A DNA stretch of 64,000 nt from NCBI GenBank assembly GCA_963845245.1, contig CAWJRJ010000014.1:32001-96000 (forward strand), read 5' to 3'. Shown here in pieces: positions 53,672-64,000 of the stretch. A model generated the notes under the pieces. The model saw nothing but the letters and a program-made list of their open reading frames with translations. It searched no databases and was not told the origin of the DNA. This DNA comes from Nitrospirota bacterium. GTDB taxonomy: Bacteria; Nitrospirota; JACRHJ01. The translations under genes were made by a program, and so were the position numbers. Positions within the stretch are counted from its first letter, which is position 1. Every line of letters begins with the position of its first letter.

Positions 53672-54862
53672 ATGGGTGAGTTCAGGATGCCCAGCCTTGG
53701 GGCGGACATGGATAAAGGCGCGCTGTCCGTCTGGCTTGTTGAGCCGGGAGACCCCGTCAAGCACGGTCAGGTCATCGCCGAGGTGGAAACAGACAAAGGG
53801 ATCATTGGCATAGAGGTATACGAAGACGGCGTTGTGGAGCGGCTAATAGTGGAACCGGGCACGGAAGTCCCTGTCGGTGAGGTTCTTGCGATGATACGCT
53901 CTGAAGGCGCCCAGACAAAATCTACGGCAACTGAGGCTCCGCCGCCTCCAACTGGCCCTGTAATTGAAGAAAAGGCGGTTCATGAAGTCAGGCAGCCAGG
54001 TCCTTCGGTTGGGCGCATTAAAATATCGCCCGCCGCCCGCAAAAAGGCTGAGGAGCTTGGGATAGACGCCAGTACGATGAAGGGTACGGGACAGGAAGGT
54101 AGCTTAACCCTTGCCGATGTCGAGCGAGCGGCAAAGGAGCAGGGGATGGCAAGGGAAGAGTCGACGCCTGAGGCTGTTAAACCTTCCGCGGGACTGGACA
54201 TGGCCGCGATGAGGAGGGCTATCGCGGCCGCGATGGCACGCTCCAACCGCGAGATACCACACTACTACCTTGAAACAGAGATAGACATGAGCCGCGCACT
54301 CAAGTGGCTCGAGGCGGAGAATTTAAAACGCCCGGTAAAGGATCGCATACTGCCGGTAGCTCAGTTGCTGAAGGCCGTGGCGCTTGCCCTGAAGGAAGTG
54401 CCGGAGCTGAACGGCTACTGGCTTGACGACCGAAACCAGCCCTTGGAGTCCATACATGTCGGGTTTGCGATCTCCATAAAGAAGGGCGGTTTGTTTGTGC
54501 CGGCAATCCACGATGTTGACAAAAAGGGCCTGGGGGAGTTGATGGAGGCGATGGGCGACCTTATTACGCGGACACGTGCCGGGAGGCTTCGGGGGTCTGA
54601 ACTTACCGATGCAACGATTACTTTCACGAGTCTGGGAGACCTTGGCGTGGAAGCCGTTTACGGAGTTATCTACCCGCCACAGGTCGCGCTTGTCGGCTTC
54701 GGCAGGATAACCGAACGTCCCTGGGCGGAAAACGGCATGCTCGGGGTACGACCTGCGGTTACCGTGACACTCTCGGGCGACCACAGGGCCACTGATGGGA
54801 TCGTTGGAGCGCGCTTTCTGGACACACTAAACCGCTACATGCAGGAACCGGATAAATTATGA
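53672..54862 (+). CDS. pdhC: dihydrolipoamide acyltransferase E2
   Basis: Lipoyl motif EVETDK, PSBD SPAARK, catalytic DHRATDG. Confidence 0.9.
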   Translation: MGEFRMPSLGADMDKGALSVWLVEPGDPVKHGQVIAEVETDKGIIGIEVYEDGVVERLIVEPGTEVPVGEVLAMIRSEGAQTKSTATEAPPPPTGPVIEEKAVHEVRQPGPSVGRIKISPAARKKAEELGIDASTMKGTGQEGSLTLADVERAAKEQGMAREESTPEAVKPSAGLDMAAMRRAIAAAMARSNREIPHYYLETEIDMSRALKWLEAENLKRPVKDRILPVAQLLKAVALALKEVPELNGYWLDDRNQPLESIHVGFAISIKKGGLFVPAIHDVDKKGLGELMEAMGDLITRTRAGRLRGSELTDATITFTSLGDLGVEAVYGVIYPPQVALVGFGRITERPWAENGMLGVRPAVTVTLSGDHRATDGIVGARFLDTLNRYMQEPDKL

Positions 54863-55137
54863 CTACACTGGAGATCAAAAACACTATTTTCAAAATCCTG
54901 GGACAAATTGCGCCTGAGTCTGATTTCGACAAACTCTTGCCGGAAGAAAACCTGCGCGAGGCCCTGGATATAGATTCCTTCGATTTTCTGAATGTGGTTA
55001 TCGGGATCAGCAAGGAGTTGGGAGTTGATATCCCTGAATCAGACTATGGTAAAATCGGCTCACTTGCAGATATGATCAGCTACCTGTCAGAGAGAATCGG
55101 CCAAACACATAAAGTGATGTTGCTTCATATTCAATAA
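54859..55137 (+). CDS. acyl carrier protein
   Basis: LDIDSFD phosphopantetheine-site motif, LGVDIPE. Confidence 0.85.
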   Translation: MTTLEIKNTIFKILGQIAPESDFDKLLPEENLREALDIDSFDFLNVVIGISKELGVDIPESDYGKIGSLADMISYLSERIGQTHKVMLLHIQ

Positions 55138-55165
55138 CGGGGTCTATGCATTCCGGAGGTGCACC

Positions 55166-55312
55166 ATGCAAAAATACGTAAGGTGGGGGTTGGGATTAGC
55201 GGCCGGTATGGTGGCGGGTATCGCCGTTTATAAGTTCATGAACCGGGAGCAGGGAGAGACCTTTGCAGCCACGCCACCATTTGCGGAAGCGGCCGAAAGC
55301 AGTGAAAATTAA
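55166..55312 (+). CDS. 48-aa single-TM small protein
   Basis: RBS GGAGG; MQKYVRWGLGLAAGMVAGIAVYKF... Confidence 0.55.
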   Translation: MQKYVRWGLGLAAGMVAGIAVYKFMNREQGETFAATPPFAEAAESSEN

Positions 55313-55372
55313 CAAAAATCGCAAGGGCGGATTTCTGGATTACAAATAACTATTACAGGTCAGGAGGCATAA

Positions 55373-55405
55373 ATGGCCAGAGTCACCCTGAGCGTCATAA
55401 AAGCC
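55373..55405 (+). pseudogene. N-terminal stub resembling fructose-1,6-bisphosphate aldolase/phosphatase
   Basis: RBS AGGAGG + MARVTLSVIKA, like the family N-terminus xxTxSVIKAD; diverges at once and stops at 55438. Confidence 0.5.
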
Positions 55406-55487
55406 GCACGCGTCCGATTGAGGCAGCTATTTTCCTAACGGACAGACCTGATGCCTGCATACATCACCGCCAAGACAGACTAGGTAA

Positions 55488-57310
<1,823 letters not shown>

Positions 57311-57316
57311 GCCGCT

Positions 57317-57598
57317 ATGCGCAGGAAAGACTTCCTGGCTTCAGTGAACAAGGAGTCGCGGCGGATTGAGGCATCCCGGGATGACAGGAAAGGGCTTTGG
57401 CATTATGTGGTGACCGCCACGTCCATAGGGTGGGTCCTCGTGTTGCCCGCCCTCGGTGGCGTATACCTGGGCAGGTGGCTCGACCGATTGTCTGGGAAGA
57501 GCGGCTTCTGGACCTTAAGCCTGATGCTAGTTGGGTTAGTGGCCGGGATATTCTGGGTGTGGTACACGAACTTCCGCAACGGTGGGGACAAGGTATGA
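57317..57598 (+). CDS. AtpZ/AtpQ-like two-TM accessory protein
   Basis: IGW..VLP..GVYLGRWLD..WTLSL; N-ATPase gene position. Confidence 0.8.
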   Translation: MRRKDFLASVNKESRRIEASRDDRKGLWHYVVTATSIGWVLVLPALGGVYLGRWLDRLSGKSGFWTLSLMLVGLVAGIFWVWYTNFRNGGDKV

Positions 57599-58278
57599 AA
57601 CAGATCGCGCCGGAGATAATTTTTTCGGTGGGTCCGGTCGGAATCACTGACTCGGTGGTTATTACCTGGTGCGGGATGGCCGTTGCGATTGCGCTTGGAT
57701 ATGTCGCCGGGAGGAGGCTGACCCTTTATCCGCGCAAGTGGCAGAACTTGCTCGAGGCCGCAGTCGATGCCGTGAACTCCGCAATCGAGGAGGTCATGGA
57801 AAGGGACCCGTGGCCTTTTATGCCGGTCATATTCACCCTTTGGTTTTCAATCGGCGCAGCCAACCTGACCGGAATAGTGCCGGGGCTTATCTCGCCGACG
57901 AGGGATATTAGCACCGCCGCAGCGCTCGCAGCGCTCTCGTTCTTCTCCGTGCATTACTACGGCATCAGGTTCATGGGGCTGCGCAATTACATGAAGCACT
58001 ACTTCGAGCCGGTGTGGATACTCTTCCCGTTCCACATTATCAGCGAGTTATCGAGGACTCTTGCGCTGATGCTCAGGCTGTTCGGGAACATCATAAGCGG
58101 GGAGATGGTGGCCGGGGTGCTGCTTATTGTGGCGGGCTTTCTGGTCCCTGTACCTTTCGCGTTTCTAGAGGTGGTGGTCGCCATACTCCAGGCTTACATA
58201 TTCGGTATGCTCACGCTGATATTCATAGCGGCCGGCATAAAAACCATAGAATCCGAGAAAAGAAGGGAGGCATCCTGA
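57595..58278 (+). CDS. atpB: ATPase Fo subunit a
   Basis: [22 protein letters not shown]. Confidence 0.92.
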   Translation: MKQIAPEIIFSVGPVGITDSVVITWCGMAVAIALGYVAGRRLTLYPRKWQNLLEAAVDAVNSAIEEVMERDPWPFMPVIFTLWFSIGAANLTGIVPGLISPTRDISTAAALAALSFFSVHYYGIRFMGLRNYMKHYFEPVWILFPFHIISELSRTLALMLRLFGNIISGEMVAGVLLIVAGFLVPVPFAFLEVVVAILQAYIFGMLTLIFIAAGIKTIESEKRREAS

Positions 58279-58279
58279 A

Positions 58280-58546
58280 ATGGACCCCACTACATTGGTG
58301 GTTACTGTGTCGATAGCTGCAGCCGCGCTGGCAATTGCGCTTGGCGGGTACGGCCCGGCGAGGGCTGAGGGCGAGGCTGTAGCCAAGGCGATGGAAGCAA
58401 TCGCGAGGCAACCGGAGTCTTCCGGCCAGATAATGAGGACGCTTTTCGTTGGCTTGGCGTTTATTGAGGCAATAGCGATATATGCCCTGGTCATCGCCAT
58501 GGTCATCCTTTTTGCTAACCCATTGCTTGACTACTTGAAAAAATGA
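58280..58546 (+). CDS. atpE: ATPase Fo subunit c
   Basis: IARQPE loop; FIEAIAIY. Confidence 0.93.
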   Translation: MDPTTLVVTVSIAAAALAIALGGYGPARAEGEAVAKAMEAIARQPESSGQIMRTLFVGLAFIEAIAIYALVIAMVILFANPLLDYLKK

Positions 58547-59280
58547 AGCTAAATCTGACGACCTTCATATTTCAGATCATTAACTTCGTACTCCTGGCCT
58601 ATATCCTCCACCGGGTACTCTACAAACCGATCAGGGCCATAATGGAAAAGCGCAAGAGACTTGTCATGGAGGACGTGGACCGCGCCCTTCGCATGAAGGA
58701 GGACGCGATAACTATAAAGGAGAAGTATGAACGGTTGACGGGCGAGGCGGAGGTGTTCAGGAAGAAGGAGATGGAAAAAGCTATTGAACATGCGGAAGAG
58801 ACAAAAAAGTTGATAATGGAGAAGGCGGTTCGAGAGGCAGAGGCCGAGAAGGAGAAGGCCCGCGCGGTGATAGAGAACGAAAGGATCGAGAAAACGGCCT
58901 CGCTGAGGAAGGACGCGGTGGAAATAAGCTCGGAGCTGGCCGCGCGACTCCTCGTGCCACTTGCGGATGAAACCCTCCACAAGAGGTTGGTAGAGCTGAT
59001 GCTGCGGGAACTGGAGGAGCGTCCGCCTGCCGCGCCCGCCTACGACAAAGATGGCGCAAAGGCGTCCGTCGTGTCGGCGTTTCATTTGAACGATCCGGAG
59101 TTCCGGAGCATCGAGACTCTTCTGAAGGACTACGGCGGGCCTTCGCTTTCAATAGAGTGGAAGGTAGATCCTGAGCTTATCGCAGGCGTTAGGATCTGGC
59201 TGGACGGGCTGGTGTTCGACGGATCGCTAAAGGGGCAGCTTGCAGCTTTCAGGGAGCGCGCCTTGAAAGCGGTTGATTGA
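58543..59280 (+). CDS. atpF: ATPase subunit b fused to a delta-like C-terminal domain
   Basis: FQIINF..LYKPI coiled coil; [15 protein letters not shown]. Confidence 0.88.
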   Translation: MKLNLTTFIFQIINFVLLAYILHRVLYKPIRAIMEKRKRLVMEDVDRALRMKEDAITIKEKYERLTGEAEVFRKKEMEKAIEHAEETKKLIMEKAVREAEAEKEKARAVIENERIEKTASLRKDAVEISSELAARLLVPLADETLHKRLVELMLRELEERPPAAPAYDKDGAKASVVSAFHLNDPEFRSIETLLKDYGGPSLSIEWKVDPELIAGVRIWLDGLVFDGSLKGQLAAFRERALKAVD

Positions 59281-59281
59281 T

Positions 59282-60826
59282 ATGGAAGACGTAATTGGCA
59301 GGTTAAAGGTTGCGGCGGCGGCTACGACCTTGGGAGTCATCAGGCAGTACGAGGGAGTCGTGCTCTCGGTAGGGGACGGCATCGCCGCAATCAGCGGACT
59401 TCAAGACGCAGGGCTGTACGAGCTTCTGGAGTTTCCAGGCGGTGTACGGGGTGTAGCGTTCGACTTGGAGCCAAGGGTTATAAATGTAGTGCTCCTTGAC
59501 TGCGCCGAGGGCGTCGGGACAGGCGACCCCGTAAGGCTCACGGGCAGGACACTTTCCGTGCCGGTCGGAGAAGGCTTCATAGGCAGGGTTATAAACCCGC
59601 TCGGCAGGCCGCTTGACGGGCTTGCGCCTCCCGATGTCGCAAACTACTATCCTCTCGAACGAACCGCTCCAGGCATTGTAAAAAGGGATTTCGTCTCCCA
59701 GCCGGTTTACACCGGCATCCGCGCTATCGACTCCATGGTGCCCATAGGCAGGGGGCAGCGCGAACTGGTCGCAGGCGACAGCACCACCGGCAAAACGTCA
59801 ATCGCACTCGACACCATAATCAACCAGAAGGGCAAGGACCTGCTCTGCGTCTACGTGGCGATCGGCCAGAAGTCATCCACCACACTGAGGGTCCTGGAAC
59901 ACCTAAGGATGTATGATGCGATGGACCATACGGTGATGGTATGTGCCGGGGCGGACACGCCGCTCGGCTTGCAGTACATTGCTCCTTATGCGGGCTGCGC
60001 AATCGCCGAGTTCTTCTTCGACAAGGGGAAAGACGTGCTCGTAGTCTATGATGACCTTACAAGACACGCGGAGGCGTACCGCTCTTTGTCGCTGCTGCTC
60101 CGCAGGCCGCCGGGGAGGGAGGCCTACCCCGGAGACATATTCTTCCTGCACTCCCGCTTGCTTGAACGTTCAGCAAAGCTCGCCAGCCGGTACGGTGGCG
60201 CTTCTATAACTGCTATCCCAATTGTAGAGACCCAGTCCGGCAGGATCTCCAGCTATATCCCGACAAACCTCATATCCATTACCGACGGGCAGATATATCT
60301 TGACGCCGAGCTTTTCGACAAGGGTATACTTCCCGCCATAGACCTCCGCAAATCGGTATCAAGGGTGGGCGGCAAGGCCCAGACGCAGCCGATGCGCGAT
60401 GTGGCAGCAAGGCTTAAAATCGAGTACGAGCGTTTCCTTGAGGTCGAGGTCTTCACGAAGTTTGGAGCAAAGCTCGACAAGGAGACGGTCTCCGCGCTGA
60501 GACGCGGTGAAAGACTCAGGGAAGTCTTGAAACAGGGCAGGTTCATGCCGATGCCGGTAGAGGAGCAGGTATGCGTCTTTTATGCCCACGGGCAGGGCTA
60601 CCTTGACCAGTTGAAACTGGGAGAGGCCTGGCCATTCCTTCAGATATACCTGAGCAAACTGCGCCTCCAGCAGCCCGACCTGCTGGATGACATCAGGCTT
60701 GGAATGACGCTTTCCACGAAGATGAAGGCAAGGCTTGACAAGACGCTCAAAAGGATGACCATTAAAAGGGGGACAGGCGCTGATGATCTCCAGCAGGGAA
60801 CTGGAACTAAAGACCAAAAGCTATAA
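59282..60826 (+). CDS. atpA: ATPase alpha subunit
   Basis: GRGQREL, GDSTTGKT, PPGREAYPGD, SITDGQIYL. Confidence 0.95.
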   Translation: MEDVIGRLKVAAAATTLGVIRQYEGVVLSVGDGIAAISGLQDAGLYELLEFPGGVRGVAFDLEPRVINVVLLDCAEGVGTGDPVRLTGRTLSVPVGEGFIGRVINPLGRPLDGLAPPDVANYYPLERTAPGIVKRDFVSQPVYTGIRAIDSMVPIGRGQRELVAGDSTTGKTSIALDTIINQKGKDLLCVYVAIGQKSSTTLRVLEHLRMYDAMDHTVMVCAGADTPLGLQYIAPYAGCAIAEFFFDKGKDVLVVYDDLTRHAEAYRSLSLLLRRPPGREAYPGDIFFLHSRLLERSAKLASRYGGASITAIPIVETQSGRISSYIPTNLISITDGQIYLDAELFDKGILPAIDLRKSVSRVGGKAQTQPMRDVAARLKIEYERFLEVEVFTKFGAKLDKETVSALRRGERLREVLKQGRFMPMPVEEQVCVFYAHGQGYLDQLKLGEAWPFLQIYLSKLRLQQPDLLDDIRLGMTLSTKMKARLDKTLKRMTIKRGTGADDLQQGTGTKDQKL

Positions 60827-61650
60827 GTCCATCCTCGGGATAGTGAAGGCGATGAAGGCCCTTTCAGCGGCCAACGTGCGGAAGGGATCGTCTACGCTCG
60901 GGTATACACGCCGTTACAGGGAGTTCATAGATTCGTCTGTCTCGCTTGCCGCAACATTTCCGGGCGTAAGCATATCCGTCCTAGGCAGGAGGAAGCTCCT
61001 TGTGGCGTTCGGTTCGCAGTACGGGCTGTGCGGCGCGTTCAACGAACGGGTGCTTGAGGCTAGTGGCTGAGGCCGAGGAAGAGCTCGGTGAAGTGGTCGG
61101 GCTCGTGCTGGTGGGGAGGCGTTTTGCGGACCTTGCCCTGGACGCTTACAAGGACGTGCCTGGAAAACCTGTGGAGGTTGTCGAGGCGCCCGGTTCCGTG
61201 GAGGGCCTTGCGGAAACCATTAACGTACTTTTGGAGACCCTTTACATAAAATACAAAAACGACGATTTCGACGAAATGTACTTTGTTTTCCCTAGTTTTG
61301 TAAACGACGCCCTTTTGCTCCAGAGGAAGGTTGCCCTGCCTCCGCAGTTTACACGTCAAGAGGACGGCACCGAACCCCCGCTTCTTTATATACCTCCTTC
61401 CGAGGTGGTTGAAGGGCTAGTGGAGGAATACCTCTATGTGAACCTTTTTTCAACCGCACTTGAGACAGTGATAGCCGAGAACGAAAGCCGCATGAGGAGT
61501 ATGGACTACGCACAGCGAAGCATAAAGAAAAAGGTGGAGGAGCTTGCATCCTCTTACAACTATGCCCTGCAGGAGGAAATAACGGGCGAGCTTTTGGAGA
61601 TAATAGGCGGGTACGAGGCATTAAGAGAAGCCGGGCACAGCGGGGGTTGA
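60783..61650 (+). CDS. atpG: ATPase gamma subunit with a +1 frameshift near 61060
   Basis: IVKAMKALSA, GLCGAFN in the first frame; ENESRMRSM..QEEITGELLEI in the next frame. Confidence 0.85.
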
Positions 61651-61788
61651 AAATTATCAATTTCTAAATGTTTAATTATCAGGGCAGGCTTGAGACGTTG
61701 TTCCTTGCGATGCCTTTTTCTGGGTATACAATGACCGCCTAAAAAGGTTTTGAGGATGACGGATTCGCTTAAAATAGCGTCTGTCTAC

Positions 61789-61862
61789 ATTCAGTCCGCT
61801 AAAGTACGTCAAAATTCAGTTAAAATCGACATGTATTGCGAAAGATTTGCGAAAGTCTGGGG
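61789..61862. repeat. partial third copy of the island left-arm repeat (no tRNA core)
   Basis: ATTCAGTCCGCTAAAGTACGTCAAAATTCAGTTAAAATCGACATGTATTGCGAAAGATTTGCGAAAGTC. Confidence 0.9.
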
Positions 61863-61944
61863 GAGATCAATAGCAATATTTAGATTTTCATCGGGTATAG
61901 AGTGGGGCTCTCAATGAGAGGATCAAGGTTTTTCGCCTGTGCTG

Positions 61945-61998
61945 TTGCGAAAGCCCCTTGACCCTCTGTTGTAACCGATTGATTTTTCAGTGTAGATT
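61945..61998. other. tRNA-proximal right arm: TTGCGAAAG plus IHF consensus
   Basis: TTGCGAAAGCCCC at 61945; TAACCGATTGATT at 61972-61984. Confidence 0.8.
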
Positions 61999-62072
61999 TG
62001 GCTGGGGGACAGGGATTCGAACCCCAGTAAGCAGATTCAGAGACTGCTGTCCTACCACTAGACGATCCCCCA
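61999..62072 (-). tRNA. tRNA-Gln (CTG)
   Basis: TGGGGGA/TCCCCCA acceptor stem, anticodon loop CTCTGAA, GTTCGAATC T-loop, encoded CCA. Confidence 0.95.
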
Positions 62073-62085
62073 ATATGAGAACGCT

Positions 62086-62114
62086 ATAATAGCCAAATAC
62101 AAAGAGGCTGTCAA
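62086..62114 (-). promoter_or_regulatory. sigma70 promoter of tRNA-Gln
   Basis: TTGACA-N17-TATTAT on the minus strand. Confidence 0.7.
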
Positions 62115-62125
62115 GCGTGTTTTTA

Positions 62126-63553
62126 CTAGGCCTTGATGCCTGAAACGGCCTTTTTCAGCCGCGCGAGGCTCCTGTCCCTGCCGAGAATCAACAGCACGTC
62201 GTATATGCCGGGGCTCACCGTGCCGCCCGTGAGGGCCACGCGCACCGGCTGGGCCACCTTGCCCATCTTCAGTCCGGTCTCCTCCATCACCCCGTGGAAG
62301 ACCTTCTCCAACGCCTCGTGGGTGAACTCCGCAGCCTCGATCTGGTCTATCAGCTTCTCCAGCACCGGCTTTATCTCGGGTGTGAGGAACTTCTCAGCGG
62401 ATTTAGGGTCGAGTTCCACTCCCTCGCCGAAGAAGTACGTCGAAGACTCCACCAGCTCCACGAGGGTGTAGCTCTTCTCCCTCTGCGCAAGGACCAGCTT
62501 TACCAGCCAGCCCATGTCGGGCCGCTCGGTTATGAGGCCCGCCTGCTCAAGCAGAGGCACAATAAGCTCCGCTATCTCCATAGGCTCCCTCTGGTTTATC
62601 CAGTGGTGGTTTATCCACTTGAGCTTGTCCGGGTTGAATACGGCGGCGGACGAGGATATGTTGTCCAGAGTGAAATGCTCCACCATCTCCTGCATCGAGA
62701 ATATCTCCTGGTCCCCGTGCGACCAGCCCATGCGGACGAGGTAGTTCACCATGGCCTCGGGCAGATAGCCCATGGTCTTATACTCCATTATGGAGGTGGC
62801 GCCGTGCCGCTTACTAAGGCGCGCCTTGTCCGGCCCGAGTATCATGGAGAGGTGGCCGAACTCGGGCGTGGCATAGCCCAGCGCCTCGTACATCTGGATC
62901 TGGCGCGGCGTGTTGTTCAAGTGGTCGTCCCCGCGCAGCACGTGCGTTATCCCCATAGTGGCGTCGTCCACCACCACGACGAAGTTGTACGTCGGGTAGC
63001 CGTCCGTGCGCATTATTATCAGGTCGTCCATCACCGAGTTGTCGAAGGTGACAGTGCCCTTTATCAGGTCGTTGACGACCGTCTTGCCATCATCGCTTGA
63101 CTTGAACCGTATGACGGCTGTCCTCCCCTCCGGCGCGTGGTCTAAGCCCAGGCATTTCCTGTCATACTTCGGCGGACGCCCGGCGGCCATGGCCTCCTTC
63201 CTCCGCTCTTCTAATTCTTCCGGAGTGCAGTAGCATTTGTAGGCGCGGCCTGAGGCCAGGAGCTTCTCGACGTGTTCCCTGTAAATATCCAGTCGCTCGG
63301 TTTGTCTGTATGGCCCGTGCGGGCCGCCCACGCCGGGGCCCTCGTCGTAGTCCATGCCGCACCACTCCATGCCGTCGAGGATAGCCTTTATCGACTCGTC
63401 GGTGGAGCGGGTCTGGTCGGTGTCCTCTATCCTGAGGATAAACGTGCCCTTGTAGTGCCGTGCATAAAGCCAGTTGAAAAGCGCCGTCCTGACGCCGCCT
63501 ATATGTAGGTATCCTGTAGGCGATGGGGCGAAGCGTACACGTACGTTGCTCAT
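62126..63553 (-). CDS. gltX: glutamate--tRNA ligase
   Basis: RFAPSPTGYLHIGG, LRIEDTD, RLSKR. Confidence 0.97.
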   Translation of the reverse strand: MSNVRVRFAPSPTGYLHIGGVRTALFNWLYARHYKGTFILRIEDTDQTRSTDESIKAILDGMEWCGMDYDEGPGVGGPHGPYRQTERLDIYREHVEKLLASGRAYKCYCTPEELEERRKEAMAAGRPPKYDRKCLGLDHAPEGRTAVIRFKSSDDGKTVVNDLIKGTVTFDNSVMDDLIIMRTDGYPTYNFVVVVDDATMGITHVLRGDDHLNNTPRQIQMYEALGYATPEFGHLSMILGPDKARLSKRHGATSIMEYKTMGYLPEAMVNYLVRMGWSHGDQEIFSMQEMVEHFTLDNISSSAAVFNPDKLKWINHHWINQREPMEIAELIVPLLEQAGLITERPDMGWLVKLVLAQREKSYTLVELVESSTYFFGEGVELDPKSAEKFLTPEIKPVLEKLIDQIEAAEFTHEALEKVFHGVMEETGLKMGKVAQPVRVALTGGTVSPGIYDVLLILGRDRSLARLKKAVSGIKA

Positions 63554-63661
63554 TTGTGGTATTTCCTCCGTTTGCTATAAAAAGTAAAAACAAAGTATAA
63601 TAAAAATAACCCTTTAAATAAAGAGTTATTTCCAGGGCCGGGGATTTATCTTGATTTAGGC

Positions 63662-63690
63662 TTGACTTTAAAAATCAAGTCTGGGATAAT
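63662..63690 (+). promoter_or_regulatory. sigma70 promoter of the tRNA
   Basis: TTGACT-N17-GATAAT. Confidence 0.6.
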
Positions 63691-63709
63691 ACCAACCTCT
63701 TGATAACAA

Positions 63710-63785
63710 GGGCCTATAGCTCAGTTGGTAGAGCTCCCGGCTCATAACCGGATTGTCCCAGGTTCGAATCCTGGTGGGCCCACCA
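63710..63785 (+). tRNA. tRNA with CAT anticodon, most likely tRNA-Ile2 (lysidine)
   Basis: Cloverleaf GGGCCTA..TGGGCCCACCA; loop CTCATAA; C4-G69/C5-G68 TilS determinants; no initiator features. Confidence 0.88.
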
Positions 63786-63922
63786 GTTCATTCCTTGTTA
63801 TACATAGTTGCTGAGGTGGACCAGGATGAGGCCAACACGGCCAGGTAGTTGCAGGGAAAAGTACAATATACATAAGAAAAGGCAAGGGAGTTCCGCTCAG
63901 GGTCCCTGCCATCAAAACACAT

Positions 63923-63956
63923 GATGCACCCGCAAAACGGGTGCATCTTTTTTTTT
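63923..63956 (+). terminator. intrinsic terminator
   Basis: GATGCACCCG-CAAAA-CGGGTGCATC then T tract. Confidence 0.85.
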
Positions 63957-64000
63957 GGAAAACATGCCAAAACTTAAAGAAATCATAGAGCTGGTCGAAA

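Noticed and set aside
60783..60826. 44-bp atpA/atpG overlap as another frameshift
   Set aside because: Both reading frames are plausible as they stand; overlaps occur in compact operons
63788..63970. 60-aa minus-strand ORF
   Set aside because: Overlaps a terminator hairpin and the tRNA trailer; no recognisable motifs

Overview
This 64 kb window is chromosomal DNA from a diderm bacterium; gene content suggests a Nitrospirota/Desulfobacterota-like lineage (inference only). The first ~39 kb is mostly core genome: tandem TMTC-like membrane/TPR genes, glgC, three orphan histidine kinases, a TatD-radical SAM fusion, tonB, rlmN, xseB-ispA-dxs-tlyA, pilMNOPQ-aroCKB, a sigma54-type amt-PII-glnA locus, two NmrA paralogs and a type IIG restriction-modification gene. 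The main unexplained structure is at 39054-62072. The 3' end of tRNA-Gln(CTG) occurs three times (39054, 49045, 61999), delimiting two tandem cargo islands of ~10 kb and ~13 kb. The islands share near-identical 179-bp left ends, homologous right ends, TTGCGAAAG arm-type repeats and exact IHF-consensus sites, yet neither encodes an integrase. An eroded, cargo-free third module lies next to the tRNA. Island B carries a CpxRA-like system with CpxR boxes, unrecognised secreted repeat proteins, an anti-sigma/sigma4 chimera and a TolC-MacAB pump. Island A carries acs-pdhABC-ACP (no E3) and an N-type F1Fo ATPase operon lacking atpR and the Na+-binding Ser/Thr. Five apparent +1 frameshifts in four genes may be sequencing errors. 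The window ends with gltX and tRNA-Ile2(CAT). No CRISPR array or rRNA gene was seen.
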